From NCBI RefSeq assembly GCF_006345805.1, contig NC_043001.1:25854001-25918000 (forward strand): a stretch of 64,000 bases of DNA, written 5' to 3'. Shown here in pieces: positions 24,306 to 37,090 of this stretch (position 1 is its first letter; the number at the start of each line of letters is the position of its first letter). A program made the position numbers and the translations under genes. This DNA is from Octopus sinensis (taxonomy: Eukaryota). The notes under the pieces are model-generated. The model did no database searches. It worked only from the letters and a program-made list of their open reading frames with translations, and had not been told where the DNA came from.

Positions 24306-24467
24306 ATATTGATAATGTTCCAGTTGATCCTCTCATTCAGTTATTATCAGAAACTGAAAAAAATGCTGAAAAAAACCCTAATACTAATAATACATCAGAT
24401 TCAAATTACATCACTTTGTATGATAAACTTTATATTAGGGAATCTACTGATGAGGAGAGCACCGAGG
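24306..24467 (+). CDS. Exon of the PLAT-domain gene after the PLAT domain (DIDNVPVDPLIQLLSETEKNAEK...ESTDEESTE)
   Basis: TTTATTTACAG acceptor, G|GTAAGT donor, 162 bp phase 1 to 1, no stops. Confidence 0.78.
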
Positions 24468-24530
24468 GTAAGTAAGACATTTGTTTGATGAAATACTTTT
24501 GATGCCATTCCCAAGAATATTATTATTTAA

Positions 24531-25126
24531 CCCTTTCGTTACCAACCCGGCTGAAACTGGCTCTGGCTCTGTAGTACTCTCTTTTACTCTTTTTACTCTT
24601 TTACTTGTTTCAGTCATTTGACTGCGGCCATGCTGGAGCACCGCCTTTAGTCGAGCAAATCGACCCCGGGACTTATTCTTTGTAAGCCCAGTACTTATTC
24701 TATCAGTCTCTTTTGCCGAACCGCTAAGTGACGGGGACGTAAACACACCAGCATTGGTTGTCAAGCAATGCTAGGGGGACAAACACAGACACACAAACAC
24801 ACACACACATACATATATATATACATACATATATACGACAGGCCTCTTTCAGTTTCCGTCTACCAAATCCACTCACAAGGCATTGGTCGGCCCAGGGCTA
24901 TAGCAGAAGACACTTGCCCAAGATGCCATGCAGTGGGACTGAACCTGGAACCATATGTTTTGTTTTCATAAGTTTTGAATTAAAATTTTCCACCAAACAT
25001 TAGTCACAATTTATGTTCCTAACACTAGCTTAATCATAATGAAGTTATTTTACTAAATTCTTTGTTATATTTAAAATAATTGAAAGAAACTCAGAGCATC
25101 TCAAAATAAATACAGTAATGAAAGGG
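24531..25126. mobile_element. piggyBac-type MITE interrupted by a family B SINE (about 24577-24955, minus)
   Basis: Same TIRs and TTAA sites as 20483-20708; comparison with that copy locates the SINE insertion. Confidence 0.88.
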
Positions 25127-25949
25127 TTAACTTATATTAATAATGTCATTTTTAACATCTATTTTTTAAGTATTTTTATTTGGTTTCATCATGATGAAGA
25201 GGTTGTACTCCAAGCCATCGTAGGCCCTCCAAGACTGGTAAAGTCAATGCAGTTAATGTGCTTTTTGAACAGTTGCAAGTTGACAGCTGCAATAAAAACA
25301 AGGGCAGAGAGAGAATGCCGAAGGGAATCAGGATTGGGCAGTGAGCTGGTAGAAATGTTAGCATGCCAGGTGTTCTGAGTTCAAATTCCGCCGAGGTCGA
25401 CTTTGCCTTTCATCCTTTTGGGGTTGATAAATTAAGTACTAGTTACACACTGGGATCGATGAAATCGACTTAATCCCTTTATCTGTCCTTGTTTGTGCCC
25501 TCTATGTTTAGCCCCTTGTGGGCAATAAAGAAACAGGATTGGGCATTGTACAAAGTCCAAGGATTGGAGATGTATACAATAGGAAGGATTTGAGGAAGAG
25601 AGACAAGTTGGTTAAAAGTTCCTGAATGGGGATGGTAGCTTCCATTCAGCTAGGTTTGAGGAACTGAAGCTTCTGTAGTAACAGTAGAAAAAGCAAAGAG
25701 AGAGAGGAGACTGAATATCAGCGAGACAGAGATAGAAGTGCAATGGTGAATGACATTGTGCTAATAATTTGAGTTGTCTTTCTTTGGTATTTGCATGAGC
25801 AGCAACTGTACATCCTAGATGTGGGAGCAGCACTTCATTGTGATTCTCAACTGGGCTTTGTAACAGGTTTGTTATTGTTGTTGTTAAGGGATGAATTATT
25901 TTCTGATGTGAAAAAGGTTTAAAAAACTTGTCTTTGTATTGCAGTCTTA

Positions 25950-26560
25950 GTTTAGTTGCAGATGCATAAATACTAGGAGAGATCTTCAGTGATAGCAAGG
26001 CCTACTGTTTGTTATTGACCTTGAAGGTCCTTGTGGCTTGTTTTTCATATGGACAAAGGCATACATTGTTTTATTGATATGTGTCATGATTCTGCTTTTG
26101 TTTTGTTAAAGAAGCAAAACTGACATAGCCCCTTTGCAGGATCTTTTCAAGATCTTTGTTCTTGGAGTCCCTGCAGATTTAGCACAAAGTGTCCAGACTG
26201 ACATTTGGAGGTGGATGTTAAGATGGAATGAAGGTTGATGTCATCTACATAAGCTGGAAGTTTTACTGAGAGATTCTTGTACCAGACACTGATGTTAAGA
26301 GTATTAACAGCGTTTTTATCATGTACTTGCTACAGATTTTTATATTTTTACCAGCAAAAACTTCTTCTCTGCCAACTTGTCATCATCCATCATTGTCATC
26401 ATAGAAAAAAAGGTGTCACTGGTATGGCTTCGTTTAAGGTTGATCTCAACTTGCTAGGAAGTGACCCCCACAATTGATTTTATGACCTTCCTTTGCAGCA
26501 CACGTAGAATGAGACATGCAGGATCCAGTTATGAAGTTGCAATGGGCTGCTGACCTGGTT
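25950..26560 (-). mobile_element. Old degraded LINE (L2/CR1-like) RT fragment
   Basis: Minus strand near 26240-26255 reads AYVDDINL (YxDD motif); the surrounding frames are broken. Confidence 0.4.
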
Positions 26561-27329
26561 ATAGGTTTGAGTGGTGCCTTCTGTAACATGTCTGTCCTGC
26601 ATAGCCCTCTTCATCTACTGGTTCAAGCATTCAGATTTGTTGTAAACATTGAGATTTGTGGTTCCACTGTTGGGGGTCTTTGAGGGTTGGTTGTGCTTAG
26701 TCTGGGACCTCGTTTTTAACCTTGCCACCAAGGGTGGCCCTATCAGGAATTTAAAACCCTTGACAGCATCGCTCTCAGAATCATTGGTCCATGCAAGCCC
26801 CTCCAATGTAGCTGGGGAAAAATACCATAATTCATAGGGTATAAGGGGTTCATTTAGTTTCCTGGTGCTTTTTCATTGCTGTTCATTGTTGACCAGCTTG
26901 CATTCTTTTTCTGATTTATGGATATTGAACCAACAATAGGCAACAATAAAACAGCACCAGGAAATTAGAGAATTCTTAAAGTTGCCATTATTTCAGTAGT
27001 AATTATTACTTTATATCTTTTCAGCCAATACTAAGAAATGCAAAGGGGATTAGCTGGCAGAATCATTAGCATGCTAGACAAAATGCTTAGCAGCATTTCA
27101 TTAATCTTTATGTTCTGAGTTCAAATTCCGCTGGGACCAACTTTGTCTTTCATCCTTTCAGGGTCATTACAATACACACCAGTGTAATCAGCTTATCCCC
27201 ACCCCAAGAATTGCTAATCTTGTACCAAAATTTGAAACCTATTTTAAGAAATGCACCACTGAAGATTTTAAAATTTATTTCTATATGAATACTGATTATA
27301 ATTTTTTTCTTCATCCATCTCATTTTTAG

Positions 27330-27598
27330 AATCATCAGAATCAAATGAAAGCAGTACATCAGAAGACTATGGAAGTGAAAAGAAAGTAATCTCTGTACAA
27401 AACTATGTGACAGTTGAAACCCAGACTGTAAATGTAAACAATAAACCTCACATGACAACTGACATTCCACAATCGACCTCATATGTAAGTAAAACATCAA
27501 AATCGAAGTCCAAGCATAAAACTACAATGTCTAGCGGTTCTAGACAAAGCAGCATTGATACTTCATCAGAAGATTCAAGTTCAACATCAGCTGATTAA
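27330..27598 (+). CDS. Terminal coding exon of the PLAT-domain gene, Ser/Thr-rich (ESSESNESSTSEDYGSEKK...SSSTSAD-stop)
   Basis: CATTTTTAG acceptor phase 1, in frame with ORF 27407-27598, TAA stop, AT-rich repeat-poor 3' UTR-like sequence with AATAAA downstream. Confidence 0.78.
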
Positions 27599-30184
27599 AA
27601 TCTGTAAATTGTTGCTAAAATTCTAGACTAAATCTAATGTATTTAAAAAAATAGTATAAAGAACATTTCCAATTTAAACTTAGTGTTTGCTAAATATTAT
27701 CAAAGGAAGATTATAGTTTAACAGTAAATATTTGTGAGAATTATTTGGCCTTTGTTATAAATAGCTTACTGCTTAAATTAATAAAATTACAAAACTGAAG
27801 TAAAATGCTATCAAAAAGAAAGCTATTCCAGAAAAAATTCACAGTAATGAAAAATGGATTTATTTGACAAACAAATAATTGCTTCTGTGTGATACTTTTG
27901 CAGTGTGAATGAAACGAGTGTAGTTCAATAATATATGTAATTAAATAACTTGACCATTAACCAATAGAGACAGCTAATTAATTTTATCGTTTGTTCGTTA
28001 CATAAAAGAAAGAATGAATTTATAAGGATAATAATGTGAAAACTGTAATGACAGAAGAACAATAACAGTAGTGTGGAAAATCTAAAGAAGAAATATTTAT
28101 TGTGTTCTGTTACTGCTGTGATTTGAATATAGGTGCCATAGTTTGGTGTAGATAGCCAGATTATTTTAAATCTAAAAAATACTGTTCTGGGTCAATAAAC
28201 AGAACAACATAGATTTTGAAATGTGAAGTTGACAAATAAATTAATGGATGTTATAAAGAATTTCATATTTTAGGATTAAAATTTTGATATGATAATATTT
28301 GTTCATTGCTATCGAAATAAAGGTTGGTGTGATTTGATGAATAAATAAGATAGTATTATCAACAAACTAGAAAAAAACAAAACATAATCGCTTTTGTAGA
28401 TCCAGGCCAGCTTTCGGAAATTTAGTAATACATGCAAGATAATTTTGGATTCATATGTTTGAAAGATATCCTATGGGATTTAGAAATCCTAAAAGAAGTA
28501 ACATTTGTAAAGTGATACAAATAAATTATTTCCAAACCTTTTATTAATTTATGATTGAATTATAAGAATTTATTCTGATTTAATATGAGAAATTTACAGT
28601 TATTTTTTTTTTTTAATAGGTCTATAATATTTCTGAGGAAAATTACGACTAATTGATCCGTTCATTAATATCATTAATTCAGTATTATGTATTTTTCCAA
28701 TATGTTGCCAAAAAAAAATATATATTCTGAAAAATAGGAATTGCAGATCTATCTTAGCAGGATAATGGAAAATAGTTGAGATAGAATGCCTTGCTTTGTT
28801 TTGGGCCCTCAACTCTTTGATGGAATTGTAGGGGTTGATACCCTGATACACAGTGTTTTGGGGATTTTTAGAATGAGTGGAGCCCATCACTCTCCACAAC
28901 TGATTTCTTCCAGTATGAGAGATAAACAGAGAAAGAAAGAATGAGTGAAAGAAAGAGAAGAATTGACTCCATAACAAAACTGGTACATTATTCATCAACC
29001 CCAAAAAGGTGAAAGGCAAAGTTGACCTCAGTAGGGTTTGAACCCGGATCACAGAATGCCTGAAGGATTATTACAAAGCAGTCTGACACTCTAACAACTT
29101 TGCTACTTTATCAGCCAAGAGGCAGTATGACTTGTAACTAAATATTTTACAGTATATTTAGTAAATATCGTAAAGTATTTAATTCAATCTTTATATTTTT
29201 GGCTTAAATCCTACCACCAGACTCTATTCTGTTCTAAATTTAAAAGTATCAATAATATATGTTTGTGTTAATTTTAATCAATTATAATCTTTCCATACAA
29301 AATCTGGCTGCATCTTGCCAAAAGAAATCAATAATTATTGGAGGTTTTCTTAGAAAAATTATTTTGATTACTGAGTATTAAATTTGTGATGTGATAATTT
29401 TATTCAAAGCTTTATTTCAACTCTAATCAATTTGTCTTTTTGACAACAATAACAACAGTATTGATACAGTATTACAGTTCCTTCCATTGTTACCAACTTA
29501 TTTCTCAGGGTTTGACAAATGTACTCATTAATAATTCAAATAGCATGACATGTAAATTCTTCAAATAAAGATGATTTTTCTGTGAAGGAATTAAAGTGTT
29601 TGATTTCATCATTAAAAATATTTTTTCTCATTGAGGCTATGACAAGTGACGAAGACCATTGGTGATATGCTATGTTTGAGAGGACTCATCAAGCCAAGTG
29701 GAACTATAGTCGTGACTGTTATCATCATCGCTTAATATCCGTTTTCCATGCTAGCATGGGTTGGATGGTTCAACTGGGGTCTGGGAAGCCAGGAGGCTGC
29801 ACCAGGCTCCAGTCTGATCTGGCAGTGTTTCTACAGCTGGATGCCCTTCCTAATGACAACCACTTTGTGAGTGTAGTGGGTGCTTTTTATGTGCCACTGG
29901 CACAGGTGCCAGGGGAGGCTGCAATGGCCATGATCAGTTGGTGGTTTTTACGTGCCACCTACACGGAAGCCAGTCATGTAAACGGTACCCATGCTGGTGG
30001 CATGTAAAAAGCACCCATTACACTCTTGCAGTGGTTGGCATTAAGAAAAGCATCCAGCCATAGAAACCATGCCAAATCAGACTGGAACTGGGTGCAGCCC
30101 TCCGGTTTATCAGTTCCTGTCAAACCGCCTGAGTCATGCCAGCATGGAAAGCAAATGTTAAAGAATAATGAAGGTGACAATGAT

Positions 30185-30416
30185 GAGGCGGCGAGCTGGC
30201 AGAACTGTTAGCATGCCGGGTGAAATGCGTAGCTGTATTTCGTCTGCCGTTACATTCTGAGTTCAAATTCCGCCGAGGTCGACTTTGCCTTTCATCCTTT
30301 TGGGGTTGATAAATTAAGTACCAGTTACACACTGGGGTCGATGTAATCGACTTAATCCGTTTGTCTGTCCTTGTTTGTCCCCTCTATGTTTAGCCCCTTG
30401 TGGGCAATAAAGAAAC
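30185..30416 (+). mobile_element. Family C tRNA-derived SINE (GGCGGCGAGCTGGCAGAA head; central GACTTTGCCTTTCATCCTTTCGGGGTCGATAAATTAAGTACC domain); representative copy
   Basis: A box GAGCTGGCAG, B box GAGTTCAAATTCC. Copies at about 5700-5905(-), 13970-14160(-), 22408-22790, 25335-25535, 27045-27240, 28955-29120(-), 38690-38918, 43160-43395, 46100-46520(-), 60380-60545, 61005-61195, 61810-62020. Confidence 0.85.
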
Positions 30417-33179
30417 AGATGGTGATGATGATGATTATATGGGTGCAGGCATGGTTATGTGGTTAAGAAGCACTTTTCCTAAACATGCAGTCTTGGGTTC
30501 AGCTCCACTGCACAGTACCTTGGGCAAGTGTCTTCAACTATAGCTATAGACTAACCAAAGTCATATGACGGGACAAAACAGACAGAAACTGAAAGAACTC
30601 CATGGTATATGTCTGAGTGTGTGTTTGTGTGTACCCTTGTCTTGACATCATGTGATGATTGTAAAAGAGCATCAGTGACATATAAGCGATGTTGGTCATT
30701 TCCTATCTTCCATGATGAAATATTACCTTCACTTGAAAATAAGTGAGGGTTGGCAACAGGAAGGGCATCAAGCCATACAAAATCTGCTTCAACAGATTCC
30801 ATCTGACCCATGCAAACATGGAAAAGTAGACAGTAAACGATGATGATGAGATGCAATTTTAAGGAAAAGATAATCTGTGTGCACATGTGTGCATGCACAC
30901 ACACACACACACATATATATATATTCACACACATTCATATACACATACATACACATATACACACCCATATATACACACAAACACATACATGCACACACAC
31001 ACACACACAATCATCATTTCAATACCCAATAATGTTGGAATAGGTGAGACAGGTATGCTGCATGCACAGTATATTATCACTTGCCTTCTATCTCATCAGA
31101 CTTTATTAGTTCTTACAACATCCTCATCAGTCTTCCTCTGCTACTGACATTTTTTTCTGACACTTCACATCACTTCTTCACTCAAAACTCATTCTCCATT
31201 TGCATCATGAATCTATACCAACAAATTGCACTCTCCTACTGGTGAGCACGTAAAAGGCATTGGTGCCAGTGACACACAGAATGTACCCACTACATTCATG
31301 AAGTGATTGGTATTAGGAAAAGCATCCAAAATCAGACTGGAGCCTTGTACAGCTCTATGGCTTACCAGTTCCAGTCAAACTGTCTAATCCATGCCAGCAA
31401 GGAAAACAGATGCTAGATGATGACTATGTAGCTTTTTAAAGCCAGTGCTCCATCATGGCCACAGTCAAATGACTGAAGCAAATAAAAAATTAAAAGAGAA
31501 TATATATATTTGCTAAGTGCACCTTTGAACGTTGGGCCTCACAGAAGCAAAGTGGCTGAGTTCCTTTTGAGTGTTGCGCCTCAAGGAGGCGTGGTGACTG
31601 AGTTCTTTTCAAGCATTGAACCTCATGGAGTACACTTCCATCTTACATCATCATCATCGTTTAATGTCCACTTTCCATGCTAGCATGGTTTGGACGATTT
31701 GACTGAGGACTGGCGAACCAGATGGCTACGCCAGTCTCCAATCTGATCTGGCAGAGTTTCTACAGCTGGATGCCCTTCCTAACGCCGACCACTCCGAGAG
31801 TGTAGAGGGTGCTTTTATGTGCCACTGGCATGAGGGCCAGTCAGGCAGTACTGGCAACGGCCATGCTCAAATGGTGTCTTTTACGTGCCGCCTATACAGG
31901 AGCCAGTCCAGCAGCACTGGCAAGGACCTCGCTCAAATGTTTTTCATGTGCCAGTAAGGCGGCGCTGGTAACGATCATGTTTGAATGGTGCCTTTTTACG
32001 TGCTACTGGCATGAATGCCACTCAGCTGCTCTGGCAGCGATCATGCTCGGATGGTGCTCTTAGCACTCCACTGACACAGGTTTCTTTTTAGTTGTGTATT
32101 TTTTTTCTTTTTTCCATATTCTTTTTATGGTCTTTCAAATTTACATGGCAACCTCACTAGTGCTGGTGGCATGAATAAAGCAGCCCAGTACACTCTGTAA
32201 AGTGGTTGACATTAAGAAGGGCATCTAGTTGTAGAAACCATGCCAAAGCTGACACTTGAGCTAGACACAGGTTTGCGGCTCACTGGATCCTGTGAGACTG
32301 TCCAACCTATGCCAGCATGGAAAACAGTCATCAAACGATGATGATGATGATGATGATGATACACATATACATACCTGTGTGTGTGTGCATGCGCATGTGT
32401 GTGTGTGTGTCATCAGAATTTCACAATCACTTTTTCATGCTGGCATTAGGCCAGATGGTTTTTTTGAGGCAAAGTTTTAAAGCCTGCTATTCTTCACCAA
32501 CCCTTTTAGGTCAGTACACATGTAGAATACAGTTAAAAAAAAGGGGTAAAAGGCCATTCAAACACACCAAAATGAGTTCAAATACCTTACATAGTCAGCA
32601 ACGATACAACACTATGGTTTGAATAATATCATCCTGAAAACACTCCCCTTTAAATGAACGAAACCCTGAAAGTGCATGCTGACATAAATAACAGGAATGT
32701 TAATGACCTCATTTACTCAAATTATTGCAGTGAGATGAACACCATGGAAGATGTGTGCAGAGGAAGAGCAATTATCATACTACACTCAAGCTCACTTTGT
32801 CTGGTTCTGTTGTGGCCACCACTAACAATATCTACAAGTATACAGCAACAGATTGGATCATAGAGAAAACACAAGCCATGGCAGCCAATTTGCATTCCAT
32901 AAGATAAACCATTGCACATTAGTGTGTCTAGTGTGATCTTCAACAACTGGGGACATAGAAGTGTGAACCACTGGACTTGTGAATCACACCTTCCCATTCT
33001 ACCATCTGCATGCCATAAATTTGTTCAGTCTCTCCTACACACATATACGCAACAATTTCTCAGATGTTCCGGGTTCAGTCCCACTGCGTGGCATCTTGGG
33101 CAAGTGTCTTTTGCTATAGCCCTGGGCTGACCAATGCCTTGTGAGTGGATTTGGTAGATGGAAACTGAAAGAAGCCTGT

Positions 33180-33210
<31 letters not shown>

Positions 33211-33216
<6 letters not shown>

Positions 33217-34504
33217 GTTTGGTGTATATGTTGAGGCTTATATGTACTTGTGGGTGTGTGTGAGTGGGGTGGGTGTTTGTATTTGTTATGGGTGTGTGGT
33301 TTACGTGTGTGTATTTGTGTGTGAATGTATAGGTTAAAGGGATTGCTATATAAGTATGTTATAGTGTTTAGTAAAGGGAGGTTTTATCATTTATGTTTTG
33401 TGAGTTTTAGCTTATCATGGTAGTTTTATAAAAGAATCCATTCATAATTTTTGTGTTTATTTGTCTGTGTGGGGTTGAGTGGGTTTTTGGAGTATATGTT
33501 GAGGTTTATATGTATGTATAGGTATGTGTAAGTGGTGTGGGTATTTGTATATGTCGTGGGTGTGTGGTTTACGTGTGTGTATTTGTGTGTGAATGTTTAG
33601 GTTAGGGGGATTGCTATATAGGTATGTTATAGAGTTTAGTAAAGGGAGATTTTATCATTATATGTTTTTATGAGTTTTGGTTTATCATGGTAGGTTTGTT
33701 AAGGAATTCGTAGTAATTTGTGTCTATTTGCGATGTCTGTTGTTTTATTGCATTGTTTCATTCATAATTTTTAAGTAGTGTTCGTTTTACCAAGTGAATA
33801 TAATTTTTAATTCCATTTATTCCATTTCTCCGTTCATAATTTTAAGTGATGTCCGTTTTCTAGAGCGTGAATGTGGGTTGTATGTGTGTGTGTGTGGGAG
33901 TATGAATAAGTATTGTGTTGAAGTATTTAGCTATTTTATTTATAGTTGCCTAGACGTTTTTATGTGTATGTATAGGGATATATATATAGGGGTGTGATTT
34001 AGTGTATGTAGTTAGATATGGTTATATATAATTAGGTATATGTGTATGGGTGTATATATAGTTTATTATTATATTATTATTATTTTTTTGTTTTGTTTTA
34101 TATTTTATATTTTATATTTAATTGTTGATAGGTTTATTTTAGTTTATATATTGTTTATATATTGATTATATATGGATTATATATAGGTTATATATGGATT
34201 ATATATTTATATTTTTTCATTCATACTTTAATTATTTTAAAATTATTATTTTTATATTTTAAAATATTGATATTTTAGATTGGAAGTCCACCTGAAGATT
34301 GTCGATCAAGACAAGAAACAATTGTAGTGGCGGTTTTTTTGACTATTTATTAAAATTTTATGTATTGATTAAGTCTTTCCTTGTTTGTTTTGCAAAATAG
34401 TGGTTTTGTCTCTAATAATATTTTATAATATTTTACTATAAAATTGGATTTAATCCTAAATCTGATTTTTTCCCTGTAAATTTGGATTTATTCCATAATA
34501 TTTA

Positions 34505-34508
<4 letters not shown>
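33211..34508 (+). mobile_element. Non-coding Penelope-type pLTR/retrozyme-like insertion within the (TA)n tract of a family B SINE
   Basis: SINE head (33066-33210) and tail (34560-34798) are separated by this 1.3-kb block, which has a 2x268-bp tandem duplication and a hammerhead fold. Confidence 0.65.
34288..34330 (+). ncRNA. Minimal type-I hammerhead ribozyme
   Basis: CCAC / CUGAAGA / UUGUC-gaucaa-GACAA / GAAA / C-AAUU-GU-A / GUGG: stem I CCAC:GUGG, 5-bp stem II, full conserved core, palindromic stem III (ACAAUUGU), predicted GUA cleavage after 34326. Confidence 0.8.
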
Positions 34509-34578
<70 letters not shown>

Positions 34579-35219
34579 TTGTGTGTCTGTGTTTGTCCCC
34601 CTAGCATTGATTGACAACCGATGCTGGTGTGTTTACGTCCCCATCACTTAGCGGTTCGGCAAAAGAGACCGATAGAATAAGTACTGGGCTTACAAAAAAA
34701 TAAGTCCCGGGGTCAATTTGCTTGACTAAAGGCGGTGCTCCTGCATGGCCGCAGTCAAATGACTGAAACAAGTAAAAGAGAGAAAGAGTAAAAGAGTATG
34801 CTATAAGCTTCTATTTAAGCTTTTACTATAGTTGTGGGAAAGTACACAATCATCATTTCAGACACACACTTCACTCTAATGGTTCATCCAATTGCACTTC
34901 CTTGCAATTTCAAATACTTCATGTCAGTCATTTTCACAACAGATAATTATTGGAATTTATTTCCAGGAGGAAAATTCTTAAAAAATGAATTCTTGGTTTC
35001 TTATTATTATATCAACTGGATAAACTATGACTTATTTTGTATGAAATCATTGTTGTTGCAAATTCAAATTAAATATATTTTTAAACAATCAATCCAATAT
35101 TATAATTAGTTTTAATAATTATAATTTCAAAAATCAGTACTTAAAAATAATACTGGTGTCATGTAAAAAGCACCCATGCTGGTGCCACATATGAAGCACC
35201 TGTAATGGTGCTACGCATA

Positions 35220-35826
35220 TGTAACGAACTTAGTGTGTGTATCTTCTCTTGTACTTTCGGGGTACAAGAAAGCAATCACTAGCCGTTGCTTTAATAATCC
35301 AGAATTCTACCAGTCAGAAACAACAAGACGCAGACGTAAAAGATATATATACTACTTTATTCTCTAATGTGGTAACAGTAACAATAAGTGGTTATCTGAT
35401 GTCCTTGGTTCTGGGCGCGCAAGGCTGAAAGTTAATCGATTGTAATATTTACAATGTTCAGCCGCTAAAAACAGAATGGGTTAAAGATGGCATCCGGATG
35501 GAAGAAGATGAGGTCTGCAACAATTTGGTTAAAGGCCTTTTGGTATGGTGCTGCTAGAATCTAGTCCGGACGGAGAGAAAATATGCGTGACCGTCGCCTT
35601 CAATAGCCATGTCTCAAATCCCCGCTGACTGCTGCTAGTGGTCAAACGTTCTACGACCCCCTTGCCTTGGCTAACTACCACGTAGGCAAAAGGGTCGTGC
35701 TTCCGGTGGTTCGCGCATGCGCGAGAGGGCCCTTCCTTTCTGTGCCTTAGTGAAGGCACCAACACTCGCACGCGCGAAATAGAAAATGGACGGTGCGCGC
35801 GCGCGCACCATTATAGGATCACTACA
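35220..35826 (-). mobile_element. Solo LTR (Gypsy-like), 607 bp, inserted in a family A element
   Basis: TGTA...TACA termini, 4-bp TSD CATA (35216-35219 and 35827-35830), AATAAA on the minus strand at 35356-35361, CpG-rich; family A sequence resumes on both sides. Confidence 0.8.
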
Positions 35827-36899
35827 CATAAAACACTGATGCTGGTGCCTCATAAAAGGCAGCCAGTTACACTCTGTACAGTAGTAGCCAGCACTAGGAA
35901 GGGCATCCAGTTATAGAAACCATTGCCAAAACAAGCAGACAATAAGAGCCAGGTGCAGCTCTCTGGCTTGCCAGCTCCTGTCAAACCACCCATCCCATGC
36001 CAGCATGGAAAATGGATGTTAAACGATGATGATGATGATGATAATGACGCCGATGATGACAATGAAGATGGTGATAGTGGCAACAATGGTGACAGTGAAG
36101 GCAATGGTGATGGCACTTGAACTAAATTGGAATGTAAAAGTATAAATTGAAATGCATGTTCTGCATCTAAAATTTATCAACTACTTGTATCCTCTCATAC
36201 CTCTTATCTTTTTGTGACTGAATTCACTCACACAGCTCTTGGTCGACCAACTTATTGTCAATGAAATTTGGTAGATGGAAGCTATGTGACAGATAGCAGA
36301 TACGTGTATGTGTGTGTATAAAATCTTATTGGTTAGTTGATCACAAGTCAGAAAAAGAATACAATCACTATGAGTAATAAAGTACAGATCATTGAGACAA
36401 ACAAGACACTTACAAGTAGAATGCTGCCAAATATTGGGTCAATTTGATCAACTGAAATCATCCTACTTCTCACATATAAAATGCTACATATCTCTGATCT
36501 GAATATTTAAGGTAGTGGACCTGTTTTGGTGTTCCCTGTTTTCCAATTGTTTAACAATGTACCTTAAACCTCTTCCAGCTGTTGATAAGGGTTACAGCTT
36601 AACCTTTTCCTAAAAACTTACATCTGTTATGTATACCTGTTAATATAATCACAAATACGAATTTTAAAAAATTGCATTGGTGCTAGCACGAAAACATTTA
36701 TGTAAAAACAAAAAACGAAACAACTTTAAAATGGGGAATTTTCATAATGTGGAATCTTGGCCGGCGCAGACCATTATTAGTTTCCTTGGTTTCTTATCTG
36801 TTTTTGAAAACATTATCGACGATCAACATTCCAGATCCATTTTAATACTGTCACAAAGGCATTTCTTAATTTAACTATGATCTACAAAGATCATAGCTG

Positions 36900-37090
36900 T
36901 TAAAGTTAAACTAAAGAAAACTTCATGTTTAAAATGTCATACAAGTTAAAAAATTCACGAGCAATCGTCTTCAAAGAGCGATGACGACAGCAACGGTGAC
37001 AAATAGACCCATGTACTACCATTTTCGATTATCAGGCCGTCACCGTTATATGTAATGGTAATTCTCAGCTCAAATCTCATAAAGGTATGT
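36900..37090 (+). promoter_or_regulatory. Candidate CpG-retaining promoter / first exon with strong donor AAAG|GTATGT at 37084/37085
   Basis: Repeat-poor, CpG-retaining region from about 36.7 to 38.4 kb and a consensus donor; no homology support. Confidence 0.25.

Noticed and set aside
33790-33890. GIY-YIG-like peptide HIHALENGHHL on the minus strand
   Set aside because: Too short, surrounded by stops, with no other endonuclease motifs; not used to orient the element.
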